This document shows, one piece after another, positions 40,201 to 51,660 of a DNA stretch of 64,000 nucleotides. Numbering within the stretch: the first letter of the stretch is position 1; each line of letters begins with the position of its first letter. A program made the translations under genes and the position numbers. A model generated the notes under the pieces. That model was not told the DNA's origin, searched no databases, and worked only from the letters and a program-made list of their open reading frames with translations. The stretch comes from Hypanus sabinus (Eukaryota): contig NC_082716.1 of assembly GCF_030144855.1 (NCBI RefSeq), positions 66,836,001-66,900,000 of the forward strand, read 5' to 3'.

Positions 40201-41335
40201 TCTATTTTATTTTAAAAGTAGTCTCTCCAAACACAGCTGCTGGCCAGTTGAACATCTATTTCTTGAACTTCTGGCAATTGTCCACCCCTTTCACCATTCC
40301 CATTCCCATTTCCCTCTCTCAGCTTATCTCCTTACATGCCCATCATCTCCCTCTTGAGCTCCTTCCCTTTCTTTCATGTCTTCTACCCTCTCCTATCAGA
40401 TTCCCCCTTCTCCAGCCCTTTCTCTTTTACCTATCAACTTCACCCCTCTTTATTTCACCCCTCCTCCTCTTTTCCCGGTTTCACCTATCATCTACCACCT
40501 TGTGCTTCTTTCTCTCTTCCCCTCTCCCCCCACCCCCACACCTTCTTCCTTTAACCTCATTTTTTCCAGTCCTGATGAAGGGTCTTGGCCTGAAATATCA
40601 ACTGATTACTCTTTTCCATAGATACTACCTGGCCTGCTGTGATCCTCCACCATTTTGTGTGTGTTGCTGTCCACTTGTCAGTTTCCAAAGCAAATCTCTT
40701 AAATGGGCTCACTTCAAACCAGTAGCTGTGGTACTCATTACTACTGAAAGCAAAGGTACTCTCAAAGGTATTCTCCTGCACTAAGAACATGCGATTCAAT
40801 AGTAAGATTTTGTGTTAGAGAAATCGCAATGCAGGTTGCTTTCTAGAAACACAGCCCCTGCGTAACACGGAGGCTGCTTGTACCAGTGTTTAATCAAGTT
40901 CCATTTTTCCTGAAATTATTATTTTATGTTAAACAGGCTGTTGACAAACATTTTAAGCTACCTCATGCCTCTAGCAAGCCAGCAAGATCCACAGGTACTC
41001 TGATAGATTCTTCTTACAAGACTTTGAGATTTGCCCTTCGTGCTTCCCTGAAAACTGCAATTTACAGGATAACCACTACCTTTGGAGAGCATTTAAAGTA
41101 AGTCTTTTATATTTGCCCTTTATTCTCTGTAGTACTGAAAGGTGCAATTTCAGAATCTTCCACTGTTGACCATTTTAAGTACTTTTACTGAAATAGTAAT
41201 AAACCCCTCGATTTCATTTAATGCTAACTTATTTTTTCATATGTGTAATGTTTAAATATTCTTAATTTAAGGGCTGTCCAACTATCATCAGAACACAGAA
41301 AAAGGCTGCAACAGTTTCTGGAATACAAGGAATGA
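13013..41335 (+). CDS. NDC1: NDC1 transmembrane nucleoporin (TMEM48), complete 18-exon gene, 686 aa
   Basis: Manually spliced exons: 13013-13075, 14639-14759, 14849-14950, 15744-15918, 16036-16171, 17340-17448, 18292-18343, 19128-19260, 21867-21959, 22042-22123, 23081-23239, 24073-24351, 28156-28271, 29650-29700, 34710-34773, 38639-38739, 40937-41097, 41272-41335. Total 2061 nt, open frame, all GT-AG. Diagnostic NDC1 peptides: [96 protein letters not shown]. Confidence 0.97.
13960..14281. repeat. Inverted pair of Penelope pLTR-derived repeats (125-bp arms) in NDC1 intron 1
   Basis: 13960-14084 is the reverse complement of 14157-14281 with 5 substitutions. Confidence 0.92.
14062..14151 (+). 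repeat. 30-bp tandem repeat, 3 copies
   Basis: (AACATGGGATGGTCGAGGGGGRATAAGAAG)3. Confidence 0.95.
14639..14759 (+). CDS. NDC1: NDC1 exon 2
   Basis: ttgcag|GTG...ACAG|gtaatc; [40 protein letters not shown]. Confidence 0.95.
14849..14950 (+). CDS. NDC1: NDC1 exon 3
   Basis: ttctag|AG...ACAG|gtatta; [34 protein letters not shown]. Confidence 0.93.
15240..15630 (-). mobile_element. Rex1/Babar-type LINE fragment
   Basis: [19 protein letters not shown]...[10 protein letters not shown] (ORF 15387-15629). Confidence 0.75.
15744..15918 (+). CDS. NDC1: NDC1 exon 4
   Basis: ttccag|TG...AG|gtaagc; [42 protein letters not shown]... Confidence 0.95.
16036..16171 (+). CDS. NDC1: NDC1 exon 5
   Basis: ttgcag|T...CAG|gtaagg; [39 protein letters not shown]. 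Confidence 0.93.
17340..17448 (+). CDS. NDC1: NDC1 exon 6
   Basis: ttgtag|CAA...CTAG|gtaact; [36 protein letters not shown]. Confidence 0.95.
18292..18343 (+). CDS. NDC1: NDC1 exon 7
   Basis: ccctag|GT...AG|gttcgt; [17 protein letters not shown]. Confidence 0.92.
19128..19260 (+). CDS. NDC1: NDC1 exon 8
   Basis: tctgaag|C...GAG|gtgagt; [41 protein letters not shown]; acceptor chosen for phase compatibility. Confidence 0.9.
21040..21480 (-). mobile_element. Rex1/Babar-type LINE 3' end
   Basis: [30 protein letters not shown] plus an AATAAATTTTACTTTGAA tail. Confidence 0.75.
21867..21959 (+). CDS. NDC1: NDC1 exon 9
   Basis: attcag|GTA...AAG|gtaaaa; [31 protein letters not shown]. Confidence 0.95.
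22042..22123 (+). CDS. NDC1: NDC1 exon 10
   Basis: ttgcag|TAC...CCAG|gtatgg; [27 protein letters not shown]. Confidence 0.97.
23081..23239 (+). CDS. NDC1: NDC1 exon 11
   Basis: tttaag|GT...TCAG|gtcaga; [40 protein letters not shown]... Confidence 0.93.
24073..24351 (+). CDS. NDC1: NDC1 exon 12 (S/T-P-rich loop)
   Basis: ttacag|AA...ACAG|gtatgt; ...[10 protein letters not shown]...[18 protein letters not shown]; an alternative in-frame acceptor is possible at 24043. Confidence 0.85.
28156..28271 (+). CDS. NDC1: NDC1 exon 13
   Basis: tttcag|AG...CAG|gtaaaa; ...[15 protein letters not shown]. Confidence 0.9.
28532..29312 (+). mobile_element. Internally deleted Tigger/pogo DNA transposon
   Basis: TIRs CAGGTTGCGTACCCCC / GGGGGTACTCAGCCTG followed by TA; CENP-B-type HTH remnant [17 protein letters not shown]. 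Confidence 0.8.
29650..29700 (+). CDS. NDC1: NDC1 exon 14
   Basis: atttag|GTC...AAG|gtactg; [17 protein letters not shown]. Confidence 0.93.
30015..30860 (-). mobile_element. CR1 LINE 3' fragment containing a Penelope pLTR piece (~30265-30390)
   Basis: [15 protein letters not shown] peptide and CR1 3' tail; the repeat piece matches the 13960 family. Confidence 0.7.
31905..34090 (-). mobile_element. CR1 LINE fragment interrupted by an inverted Penelope repeat pair (~32060-32680)
   Basis: [61 protein letters not shown]. Confidence 0.85.
34710..34773 (+). CDS. NDC1: NDC1 exon 15
   Basis: ttccag|CTT...GAAG|gtaatt; [21 protein letters not shown]. Confidence 0.96.
36250..37115 (+). mobile_element. 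Penelope-like retroelement remnant (GIY-YIG C-terminus plus pLTR)
   Basis: [15 protein letters not shown], pyrimidine-rich tract, pLTR tail; collinear with the 50485-51090 copy. Confidence 0.7.
38639..38739 (+). CDS. NDC1: NDC1 exon 16
   Basis: ttacag|CC...GAG|gtaagg; [34 protein letters not shown]. Confidence 0.96.
39303..39384. mobile_element. Small hAT-type MITE
   Basis: TIRs CAGAGATTCCCAACC / GGTTGGAACCTCTG; TSD degenerate. Confidence 0.5.
39750..39966. repeat. Imperfect foldback inverted repeat (~70-bp arms) in NDC1 intron 16
   Basis: TGACTGAAATGTGCTTAACATGCACAATAGGCTCCACT...GCTTTGCAC is the reverse complement of GTGCAAAGC...AGTGGAGCCTATTGTACGTGTTAGGCACATTTAAGTCA. Confidence 0.85.
40240..40670 (+). 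mobile_element. Penelope-like 3' / pLTR remnant with a hammerhead-like core
   Basis: Pyrimidine-rich tract followed by CAGTC-CTGATGA-...-GAAA-TATC-AACTG at 40567-40604. Confidence 0.7.
40937..41097 (+). CDS. NDC1: NDC1 exon 17
   Basis: aaacag|GCT...AA|gtaagt; [53 protein letters not shown]. Confidence 0.97.
41272..41335 (+). CDS. NDC1: NDC1 exon 18 (last coding exon)
   Basis: tttaag|G GCT...GAA TGA; [20 protein letters not shown]. Confidence 0.96.
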
Positions 41336-41647
41336 AATGAATTGAAATCTTCGAGTCCTAGTGCTCACAGGGTCAAAACTTTATAACACACTACCAGCAT
41401 TGTCCGTTTGCTGTTCTAAAGTTCCCTTTTATATCCTGACAAATGTAGGATTTTTGTTTCAAACTGTTAAGAGAAATCCTAAAATTTCATGGGAAGAGAC
41501 TTCTCAGCTGAAAATTTGCTTTTGTACAGTACAAAATTTTGTGTATGATTGTAAAAAAAATAATGTATTTCTTGAAGTGCTGTTTGGAATTGAGCAAGCT
41601 TGTATCTGAGTTTCTACATTTTTGACATGTGTATCTATGCATATCTA

Positions 41648-41653
41648 AATAAA
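41648..41653 (+). terminator. Candidate NDC1 polyadenylation signal AATAAA
   Basis: First AATAAA seen after the stop codon, about 310 nt downstream. Confidence 0.45.
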
Positions 41654-42383
41654 TGATCAACTTTACTGAACCTTTGACTAATACAAGTTACAATAGACTA
41701 TTACAATATAAATGTTGGGAAAGAAAACAAACAACTGTTGATGTTGCAAATCTGAAAGTAAACCATAAAATACAGAAAATGTTCAGCATCTTTGGAGAGT
41801 TTGTTATAGAGAAGGGTTTGAATGGAGACCAAGTGAGAATTAATGGAATGGCCGGGGTTTCTGTCTATTCTGTCTGGAGCAGGTGAAGGTGAATATAGAA
41901 ATTTAAGATGACCAGAATACCATATTTGTATTAGAACTGGCCAGTAACATTAGTTTTACTGGATAGTTAAATGTTTTTCTCTCTCCATGAATGCTGCCTG
42001 ACCAGCTAAATATTTTTCAGTGCTTTATCTCAATGCACCTCCTTCAGACAGATCAGCACTGATTAACCAGACTCCAGCTTCCTCTTCTCAACTGGTACCA
42101 CCATCTGTATCATTCAGTTTCTCTTGGTCTTTGCCCTAATACACTTCTTTGTAACCGTCCCCTTCTCTGCAACTTAAAATGTGCTTGTTTTCTAGTATCA
42201 ATGAAAAGATATCAACTTAAAACATTAATTGCTTAAAACTAATCTACTGTTTGCAATATTTTTGATTTTTTGTATTTGGAGAAGATTTTGTATACGATTC
42301 TGTATTCTAAACTAGGTTACATAATATGATCCCAGTAAAAGGCTTTTTTATCAATTTTCAGATGCAAATCTAGTTGGCAAATA

Positions 42384-43013
42384 CAGTGGATTCAGGTTGA
42401 TTGGCCATGTTAATTAGGACAGCTGCTTATTTGGGACAACTCTTGGAACAAAAACTAATCAAGACGATAGCCATAATTTCCTTCATTTATTTGGGACACT
42501 GCCGCTTAATAGGAACTGGACACTGCTGCCAAACGGTTTCTAACTAGCTTCAATCACGCACACTTGTGTGGCCATTAGACACTACATCATGCTTAGAGCA
42601 AACAATTTTTAAATAGCCTCAGTTGTGTATGCTTGTGTTATGTTATTCATTTGGGCTGACCAATACCAAATTAAAAAGCGGTGATTTTTGATACCAGCAA
42701 AGAAGACAGTCCGTTACTTATATTGGGTGTCTGCAGATCTTGTTCATTTACAATCAATCAAAAGAACAGGGCAACGTACACTGTATGAATTCCTCCATCA
42801 ATAACTATTAAGAACGAATAGTTTTTTGTACTGTAGTAGTATTGGTAGTGTACTAATTTGTTCTGTATTTCAATTATATACAAAATTTGTTACTCTTTTA
42901 AACAGTAGTTTGTCTTTAAGATATTTCCATGAAACTTTGGGTAATTGGGGCAGCTGCTTAATTGGGCCAAAATGCACTGGTCCCGATGTGTCCCATTTCA
43001 CTGGAATCCACTG
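42384..43013. mobile_element. Non-autonomous Tc1/mariner-pogo-type element with a TA TSD
   Basis: TA|CAGTGGATTC...GAATCCACTG|TA; internal subterminal repeats. Confidence 0.8.
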
Positions 43014-44457
43014 TATTCACATGGAATATGGCCTGGTCATCGATTTCTACATTGAAAAGTAAATGCTTGTAAAAATTAAGTTTATCCAGAATAAAATAGT
43101 CAGACTTTTTCCGCCCGTTTTCTTAGTACCTATCCTGAAGCTCCTGCTAAGCTACCAGTTTTATTTTTGGAACAGTGCAATTGTTTTAACTATGCTAATA
43201 GCTGTTATTCTTGGGATCTGAGTAAACTTTTGCTGTATGTTTTGTTAAAGTGATTTAATGTTGTTATGCTTTAAACCAACAGGGAATTGGCATTTTCTGG
43301 TTTACTGAAGTCCACTACGTACTCTGATTTATTCTGGGTTACATTGTATCTGAAGATGTATAGGGCCTTAAGACCAGCATTTCCATTTTCTAGCTGCCTT
43401 ATTAACTTAAATTGAAAACTTGGTTCTTTGTTCAGAATAGTTTTGAAGTGTACACTAATATTACTAGAAATTTATTAACAATGCCTTAAATAAATTTCAT
43501 AGATGTATCTTACAGGTAGGAGAGAACGAAGACTTCATACCCAACAATCTTAGCAAGATTAAAATCCAGAAGCTGAATATTTGTTAACTCCACCACATCA
43601 TGATTTATATCTGTGAGATTCAAATCTCAAAGCATGGTTATAGGTTGGAGACGGGAGGAAAGAAGAAAGCATTTCCGCTACAAAGCTACCTTTTTAATGG
43701 ACTGATACAGCACAATGTTGATTTACAGTAGTGCTCTTGGTCTGCAGTCCCAGCACTGCCTTGTGCATCCCCTGTATCTCAAAAGTTCATTTATTATCAA
43801 TGTGTGAATGTAGTATACAACTCCGAGATTCTTCTCCAGGCAGGCATGAAACCAAGAAAAACCATGTAGGTCAGTTCAGAGAGAAACAGCAACCACACCC
43901 CTGTACAAAAAAGAACAGCAACATGATCGTCAACCCCTAAATCCCTCTCCCTGTACAAAAAGCTAGTAAAACACAAGAACACTGACAAACACACCCCTCT
44001 GTCCCCTGCACAAAATGCCACAGGAACATTGAACCCAAATCCCACCCCCCCATACAAAAAAAATGAGAAAGAACAGTTGAAAACATAGAATATCAAAAAT
44101 GGGGGGAAAAGTCCACAGTCTAAATACAAATCTGTATCAATATCAATAAACACAGAGATCCTTTGTACATCTTCAGTGCTGCAACAGGCCACACTGGCTC
44201 CCCTCTCCAGTAGCAGAGTGATCCCACCAGCAATCAGAAGGCAGGCAGCTGGCGCTCACCCTCTGCATTTGCCTCGATGTTTCAATTACTCTCATTGCTT
44301 TAATGGGCGAAGAATTGAGGCTTGCAATTACTGTCTCTCAGAGACAGTAAAGCACTGGATCATCCAAACTGCAAATCATAGGCTCCAGCAGTTCCAGAAA
44401 TGCATTCAAGAACCCTTTACTGGTGTAAAAGAAGTGAAATAAATAGTATTGTGGTCA

Positions 44458-45580
44458 TAGTGGATGTGGTGTACTTAGATTTTCAGAAGGCCTTTGACAA
44501 GGTGCCACACAGGAGGCTGCTTAGCAAGATAAGAGCCCATGGAATCACAGGGAAGTTAATGGCATGGGTGGAGAATTGGTTAATGGGCAGAAAACAGAGA
44601 GTGAGAATAAAGGGATCCTATTCTGGCTGGCTGCCAGTTACCAGCGGAGTTTCACAGGGGTCGGTGTTGGGACCGCTGCTTTTTACAATGTATGTCAATG
44701 ATTTGGACTATGGGATTAATGGATTTGTGGCTAAATTTGCCAATGATACAAAGGTGGAGAAACAGGTAGTGTTGAGGAAACAGAGACTTGGATAGTTTAG
44801 GGGAATGGGCAAAGAAGTGGCAAATGAAATACAATGTTGGAAAGTGGATGGTCATGCACTTTGGTGGAAGAAATAAATGGGCAGACTTATTTATATGGGG
44901 AAAGAGATAAATAGAGATGTAAAGGGACTTGCGAATCCTTGTGCAAGATACTCTAAAGGTTGAGATACTCTCCAGGTTGAGTTTGTGGTGAAGAAGGCGA
45001 ATGCAATGTTGGCATTCATTTCTAAAGGTATAGAATATAAGAGCAGGGATGTGATGTTGAGGCTCTATAAGACACTTGTGAGACCATACTTGGAGTATTG
45101 TGTGCAGTTTTGGTCTTATTTTAGAAAGGATATACTGACATTAGAGAGGGTTCAGAGAAGATTAATGATAATGATTCCAGGAATGAAAGGGTTACCATAT
45201 GAGGAACATTGGGCAGGTCTTGGGCTGTATTCTCTGGAGTTCAGGAAAATGAGGGGGGATCTCACAGAAACATTCTGAATGTCAAAAGGCCTGAACAGAT
45301 TAGATACGGCAAAGTTATTTCCCAGGGTTGGGGAGTCTAGGACAAGAGGGCATGACTTCAGGATTGAAGGACATCCATTTGGAACAGAGATACGGAGAAA
45401 TTACTTCAGTTAAAGGATGGTAAATCTGGAATTTGTTGCCATGAGCTGCTGTGGAGGCCCAGTCACTGGTGAAATTAAGGTAGACATAGATAGGTTCTTG
45501 ATTAGCCAAGGCATCAAAGGGAATGGAGATGACTGGAAGAAATTGATCAGCCATGGTTAAATGCTCCCATATCTTATCGT
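44458..45580 (+). mobile_element. CR1 LINE RT 3' fragment
   Basis: VDVVYLDFQKAFDKVPHRRLL, SGVSQGSVLGPLLF, KFANDTK, LYKTLVRPYLEYCVQFW. Confidence 0.9.
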
Positions 45581-46409
45581 TTTATTCAGAAGTTGTCAAC
45601 CAAGGGAGTGTTGCACGCAGGTGCCATCTTTACCTGATTAAATTCACCGTCATCACCATCTGCAGTGGAAACTTTTCTTGTCTTCTCCCCAGCCCAGATG
45701 ATTCTCAACCGCAATAACTAACTGGGTGGGGTGGGAGTGGGTGCGTAGAGACATAAATTGAAGCCTCAAAAGGGCCAGTAATAGGAAAGCTGATGATTAT
45801 TAAATGTTCTTTATTCAATTGTCCAGGATATTCTGCTTGGACTTAATAATACTGAGCTGACTTTATGGATTGCTGCTAGGCAGATAAGTGTGATGTGTGG
45901 TTGGGTTCCTAGGAATAATCCCTTCAAATGCCAAGAAGCAGACAGTGAGTAAAATTTAAAGTAGTTTGTGCTTCTTGTACTCCTATCAAATCTGACAATT
46001 TCATAATGCCCATGAAGACTTTGAATTTTAGACCAGCTGTTTCTGATCTTGCTGTTCAGGTCATAGGCTAATGTTTCTGATCTGTTCAGGTCACAGGCTG
46101 CTGTTTTTAGTATTGCGGAGTACAGGACAGCCAGAGGTAGAGACAGTGCTGGGAAGGCTAGTCTCTGATGTACTGAGCTGTGCCCACCACTGCACTCTCA
46201 TGGGCAGAACTGTTGCCATTCCAAGCTGTGATGTATCCAGACAGGATAAAATTGGGGGTTAACAGGGGGCATGTCAGATTTCTTCTGCTTCCTGAGGAAG
46301 TAGAGCTGTTGGTGATCTTCTATGTCCATGGTTGGACTAGGACAGGTGATGTTCTCTCCTAGAAAATTAAAGCTATCAGCCCTCTTGACCTCAGTAGCAT
46401 TGAAGTACA

Positions 46410-48553
46410 GGGAAAGGGAATAGGCAGACAGTGCAGAGTACCCCTGTGGCCATGCCCCTCAATAATAAGAATACAACTTGGGATACTGTTGGGGGTTGCA
46501 AGCTACTAGGGGAAAGTCACAGAAACCAGGTCTCTGGTTCCGTGGCTCGGATGGAAAGGGGTGAGAAGAGGAGAGTAGTGGTTATAGGGGATTCAGTGGT
46601 TAGGAAAACATTTGGGAAATTCTGTAGGTGTGAAAGAGACTCACAGATGGTATGTCGCCTCCCATGTACTAGGGTTCGGGGTGTCTTAGATCAAGTCCAC
46701 AGCATTCTAAAGGGGGAGGATGAGCAGTCAGAATTTGTTGTACGCATTGGTACTGATGACATAGAAAAATGATGAGATCCTGAAGAGGGAATATAGGGAT
46801 CTAGGTAAGAAGCTAAAAAAGCAGACACTCAAGGGTAGTAATCTCTGGACATGAAGGTAAATGTAGGATAATATGGAAGATAAGTGTTTGGCTGAAGAAT
46901 TGGTGCAGGAATAAGGTTTGACATATATTTGTGGATCATTGGGATCTGTTCTGGGAAAGGTATGACTTATACAAAAAGATGGGTTACACCTAAACTCGTG
47001 AGGGACCAATGTCCTTGCGGGGAGTTGGGAGCCAGAATTGTATGTCAGGATGGATGCAATGTATACAGGGAAAGGCAGGGGATTAGGCATAAATACAATC
47101 CAATGGATGCTGAGACTTTATAAGGCTGCATTTGGCATTTTGAGGCCCTGGCAGTGGAGCGGGTTGAGAAGAGGTTCCTGGGAATGAAAGGGTTAACATA
47201 TGAGGAGTGTTTGATGACTACTCGCTGGAATTTAGAGGAATGTGGTATGATCTTATTAAAACCTATTGAAAGGTCTAAATAGAGTGGACATGGAGAGGAT
47301 AGTTCCAATAGTGGGAGTATCTGACCAATGGGCATTGCCTCAGAAAACAAAGACTTACCTTTAAGAGAGAGATGTGAAGGAATTTCTTTAGCTAGAAGGT
47401 TGTGAATCTGGAATTCATTTTAACAGATGGCCTTGGTAGGGGCCAAGTCATCAGTCATATTTAAAGCAGAAGTTGTTAAGTTCTTGATTAAGGGTGTCAA
47501 AGGTTACAGGGAGGAGGCAGGAGAATGGGAATGAAAGGATATAGTGCATTAGGTTTGATTGAATGCTGGAGAAACCTGAATGGTCTAATTCTGTTTCAAT
47601 GTCTTAAAGGGCTGAAATGTGCCTACTTCAATGCAAGAAGTATCAGGAACAAGGATGATGCAGTTGGAGCATGGAAGTGTAATGGTCAAGCCATTACAGA
47701 GGCTTAGCTGTCACAAGGGCAGGAATAGCTGCTGGATGTTCCAAAAGGGAAAAGGAGGTGGGTAAAAGAGGTGGTGGGGTCAAATGACAATGCTAATCAG
47801 GGATAGTATCTCAGCTGCAGAAAGGAAGGATATCATGGAGTCATAGTCTACTGAGTCAGTGTGAATGGAAGTCAGCAAAAAGAAGGGAGAAATCGCTGTA
47901 TTGGAAGTATTCTATAGGCCTATTTCCAAACACTTCTGGTCCAACACTGATGAGCACATCAAGAGGCAGATTTTGGAAAGTTACAAAAATAACTGGGTTG
48001 TTGTCAATGTCCAGGAAGGATTTATGACACTATGTAGACTGGCCGACTAGAGGAGAAGCCATACCCAATTTAGACAAGGCATTGAACATGGTCATGCATC
48101 AAATCTTTCAGTGGGTGAACATTTCAGAGACGGTGACTACAGCTCCTTGACCTTTTAGCATAGCCTTGAACAGGGACAGGAGCTAGTGTTCCACAAAGGT
48201 CTATTCAGGAAGGTTGAATTTGCAGGGAGAGTACAAAGTTAAGGCAGTGTTCTTCATGTGTGGAGGAACAGAAGGATCTTAGGGTTTATGTCCATGGATC
48301 CCTCAAAGTTGCTGCACAGGTTGATAGAGTGGTTAAGAAGGCATATGGTGTAATTGCCTTTATTAGTCGGGAGACTGAGTTCAAGAGACATGAGAAAATG
48401 TTGCAGCTCTATAAAACATTGGCTAGACCATAATTGTTATATTGTTATTTCTGTTCACCTCATTATGGGAAAGATGCAGAAGACTTAGAGGTTGCAGAGG
48501 AGATTTACCAGAATACTCCCTGTAATAGTAGAGAGCGTGTGTTATGAGGATAA
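46410..48553 (+). mobile_element. Heavily deleted CR1 LINE(s): ORF1 SGNH-esterase remnant plus ORF2 pieces; the 3' end resumes at ~51661-51880
   Basis: VVVIGDSVVR...MVCRLP..RVR...VVRIGTDD; LKCAYFNARSIRNK; CR1 3' sequence on both sides of the 48554-51660 insert. Confidence 0.75.
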
Positions 48554-51472
48554 GTTCAAGTTTACCATCGTTCAACTGCACACATGTAACCACCAAACAA
48601 AATGACATTCCATCAGACCAAGGTGCACAACACTGTACATATAACTCACATAATGCATAAAGTAATATTACCACAAATAATAAGGTGCATATATGAAACC
48701 AGTTTAAAAAGCAAACAGTATAATGCCACTGGCCCTTCATATATGATGAGGCCTCGGTGGTGGCAGGGAGTTCAGTCGTCTTACGACCTAAGGGAAGAAG
48801 CTGTTTCCCATCCTAACAGTTCTCCTAATGCTACAATACCTCCTGCCTGATGGTAGGGGGCAAAGAGATTGGAGATGTTTCTGCCAACACGAACTGATGG
48901 TTCCATTTCTATTAAGAAGTCCAAGCTCCACTTAGTGAGGTATTACGACTCATCGAGGACTGTTGACCCATCAGCTCGGAGGTACGGTCATACTGAATGC
49001 CTATCTGAAGTCAATAAACAGCATGAGGCACCTCTTTCCAGGTGGCACAGGACAGAGAGGAGTGCAGAGAATAAGGCATTATTGGTGGACTGATTTGAGC
49101 AATAAGCACACTGAAAAGGGTCCAAGGCAGCAGGAAGATGGGATTAATTTGATCAATAACCAGCCATTCAAAACACTAAATTATTTTTGAGGTCAGTGCC
49201 ACTGGACAGCAATGGTAGTCGTTGCAGCTGGTTACTGTTGCACTCTTGGGCACTGGAATAATGGTGTCTGCCTTGTAGCCTGAGGGGACCATTCCAGAGA
49301 GATCTTGAAGATGTCTGTTAGAACCTCAGTTAACTGGGCTGCACAACCCTCAGCACCCGGCCAGGTATGTTATCAGGTCCTGCAGCTTTGCATGGGTTGA
49401 TCCTGGCTAGGGTCTTCCTCACATTAGTGCAGCCAGACACAGTACCTGCACCTTGGGGGGAGGGGGTGGCCTTCCTCGGCAGCACACCATTATGTGCATC
49501 AAACTGAGCATAAAAGACATTCAGCCTAACGGGAAGAGATGCTGTTGATGACACACAGGGTGGACTTGCAGTCCATTATGCTCTGAATGCCCTGCCACAT
49601 GCACCTTCTGTCTCTGGTGTCACAGAAATGGCTGTATATTCTCTGCGAATAATCCTGTCTTTGCCTTGGCATGGGAACATGTGGCTCTTGATAACCTGAG
49701 AGGTGCCTTATCCCCTGATCTGAAGGCAGCGTCGCAGTCTCTTAGCAATACTCAGTCCTCTGCCGACAACCACAGCTTCCGATTTGCCCTCACATAGATG
49801 TGTTTAATGATCATCCTCAGTGTATTTCTATGTAGTCAGTCACAAATCACACATGTTCTTGTTAATGTGATGGTCATAGGTAACTGCCTCCCTGAACCTA
49901 TCCCATTCCATGTTTTCAAAACAATCCTGCAACACCGAGGCTGTTCCTTCTGGCCAGGTCTTCATCTCCCTTTGAACTGGTTTGAACCATTTCATCAGTG
50001 GGCAGTATGTGGGAGTTAGCATAGCAGGTAAGAGGACAGAGAATCCAAGTGGGGAGAAGTAGCAGCTTTGTAAGCACCAGGGATGTTGCCATAAACCAGG
50101 TCTAATGTGCTATCACCTCTAGCAAAGTCAACATGCGGGTGGAATTTAGGCAGGCATGGTTGAAGTCGCCAACAATAAAATCTTCCAGGTGTGCGGTTTG
50201 CACGTCACTGATGGCACTGTAGAGCTCATGAAAAGCTTCCCCCACATTGGCAGGTGGTGGGATGAATACAGCCACAATCACAATCGCAATGAACTCCCTC
50301 GGTAAACAGAAGGGCCTGCACTTCATGATTAAGAACTCTACCATAGGCGAACAGTGGGTCATCACTACTGAAGCATTCATGCTTCAATTCTTGTTAATGT
50401 AGATGTACATACCTCTATTGCAGGTCTTGCCAGAGATCATGGGAATTTTGCTAGCTTGAAAAGAGGTGAAACCCGCTAGCAGCTACACACACACACAAGA
50501 TGCTGGAGGAACTCAACAGGTCAGGCAGCTTCTATGGAAATGAATAAACAGTCAACTTTTTGGGTCGAGACCCTTCTTCAGGACTGGAAAGGAAGGGGGA
50601 TGAAACCAGAATATAAAGATGGGGGGAGGGGAAGGAGGCTAGCTAGAGGGTGGTAGATGAAGCCAGGTAGGTAGGAAAGACAAGGAGCTGGAGAGGAAAG
50701 AATCTGATAGGAGAAAGGGAAGGAGGAAGGGACCCAGTGGGAGGTGATAGACAGGTGAGAATAGTTAAGAGGCCAGAGCAGGGATTTTTTTTAAACAGAA
50801 GGAGAAATCAATATTCATGCCATCAGGTTGGAGGCTACCCAGATAGAATGTAAAGCATTGCTTCTCCTCCCTGAGGGTGGCCTTGTCTTGGCACAAGAGG
50901 AGACCATGGACTGACATGTCAGACTGGGAATGGGAATCAGAATTAAAATGTTTGGTTACCAGGAAGTTGCACTTCTGGCAGATGGAGGGGAGGTGATCAC
51001 CGAAGCGGTCCCCCAACTTACGACGGGTCTCACCAATGTAGAGGAGGTCATACTGGGGGCACCGGACACAATAGATGACCCCCAGCAGAGTCTGGCTGGA
51101 TAACTGCTTCAAGGATGGTTGTGGAGGCACATATCCATCAGAAGGAGCTATCATTCATCTCACACTGATTTAGTCTCAGACACATGTAATCTAATGTATT
51201 TTCTGGTGATCGAACATTTGAAAGCAGAGTCAACGAGACAGATGGCCTGAAGGGTGTTGCCTTTAGTCTCACTTGAATACCAGCGTGCTTTCCTGTCTTT
51301 TGCTTGGTTGCACACCGCTTCTGATTGTGTCTCCTCTAGGTGACAACACAGTGCACTACAAGCCCATGCTATAGAGCTCATCTGCTATTCAACAACTTGC
51401 CATTGAGGTAGACGCAGTACTTGGTGTTCTTAATATCCAGAAGAATAAATGACTGCATCTCTAGTTGGAGCC
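48554..51472 (-). mobile_element. Rex1/Babar-type LINE with APE and RT remnants, nested in CR1
   Basis: KCRPFCLPREF..IVAVFIPP..FIVGDFNHA; KAAGPDNIPGRVLR; TTGAAC-type tail at ~48554. Confidence 0.8.
50485..51090 (-). mobile_element. Penelope-like element with GIY-YIG endonuclease remnant, nested in the Rex1/Babar LINE
   Basis: GVIYCVRCPQYDLLYIGETRRKLGDRFGDH...[14 protein letters not shown] followed by pLTR. Confidence 0.88.
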
Positions 51473-51482
51473 AGAGTATCAC

Positions 51483-51660
51483 ACTGTTGTATGACTAGGA
51501 CCAGGTAATAGATAGTGACTTACATAACTACAAGTAGCCTGATGATAACCAGCAGTTGGAGCAAAAGAACTGCAGATGCTGGAATCCAGAATCAGAAACA
51601 AGAAATATTGAAGCTACTCGGCAGGTCAAGTAAATGTCAGTCTTTCAGATCAAGGACCCT
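51483..51660 (+). repeat. Local direct duplication, copy 1 (matches 58358-58534)
   Basis: 178 vs 177 bp; 6 substitutions and 1 indel by manual alignment. Confidence 0.92.

Noticed and set aside
40065-40784. 239-aa + strand ORF
   Set aside because: Low-complexity L/S/P/F translation of a pyrimidine-rich Penelope remnant in intron 16; no protein features.
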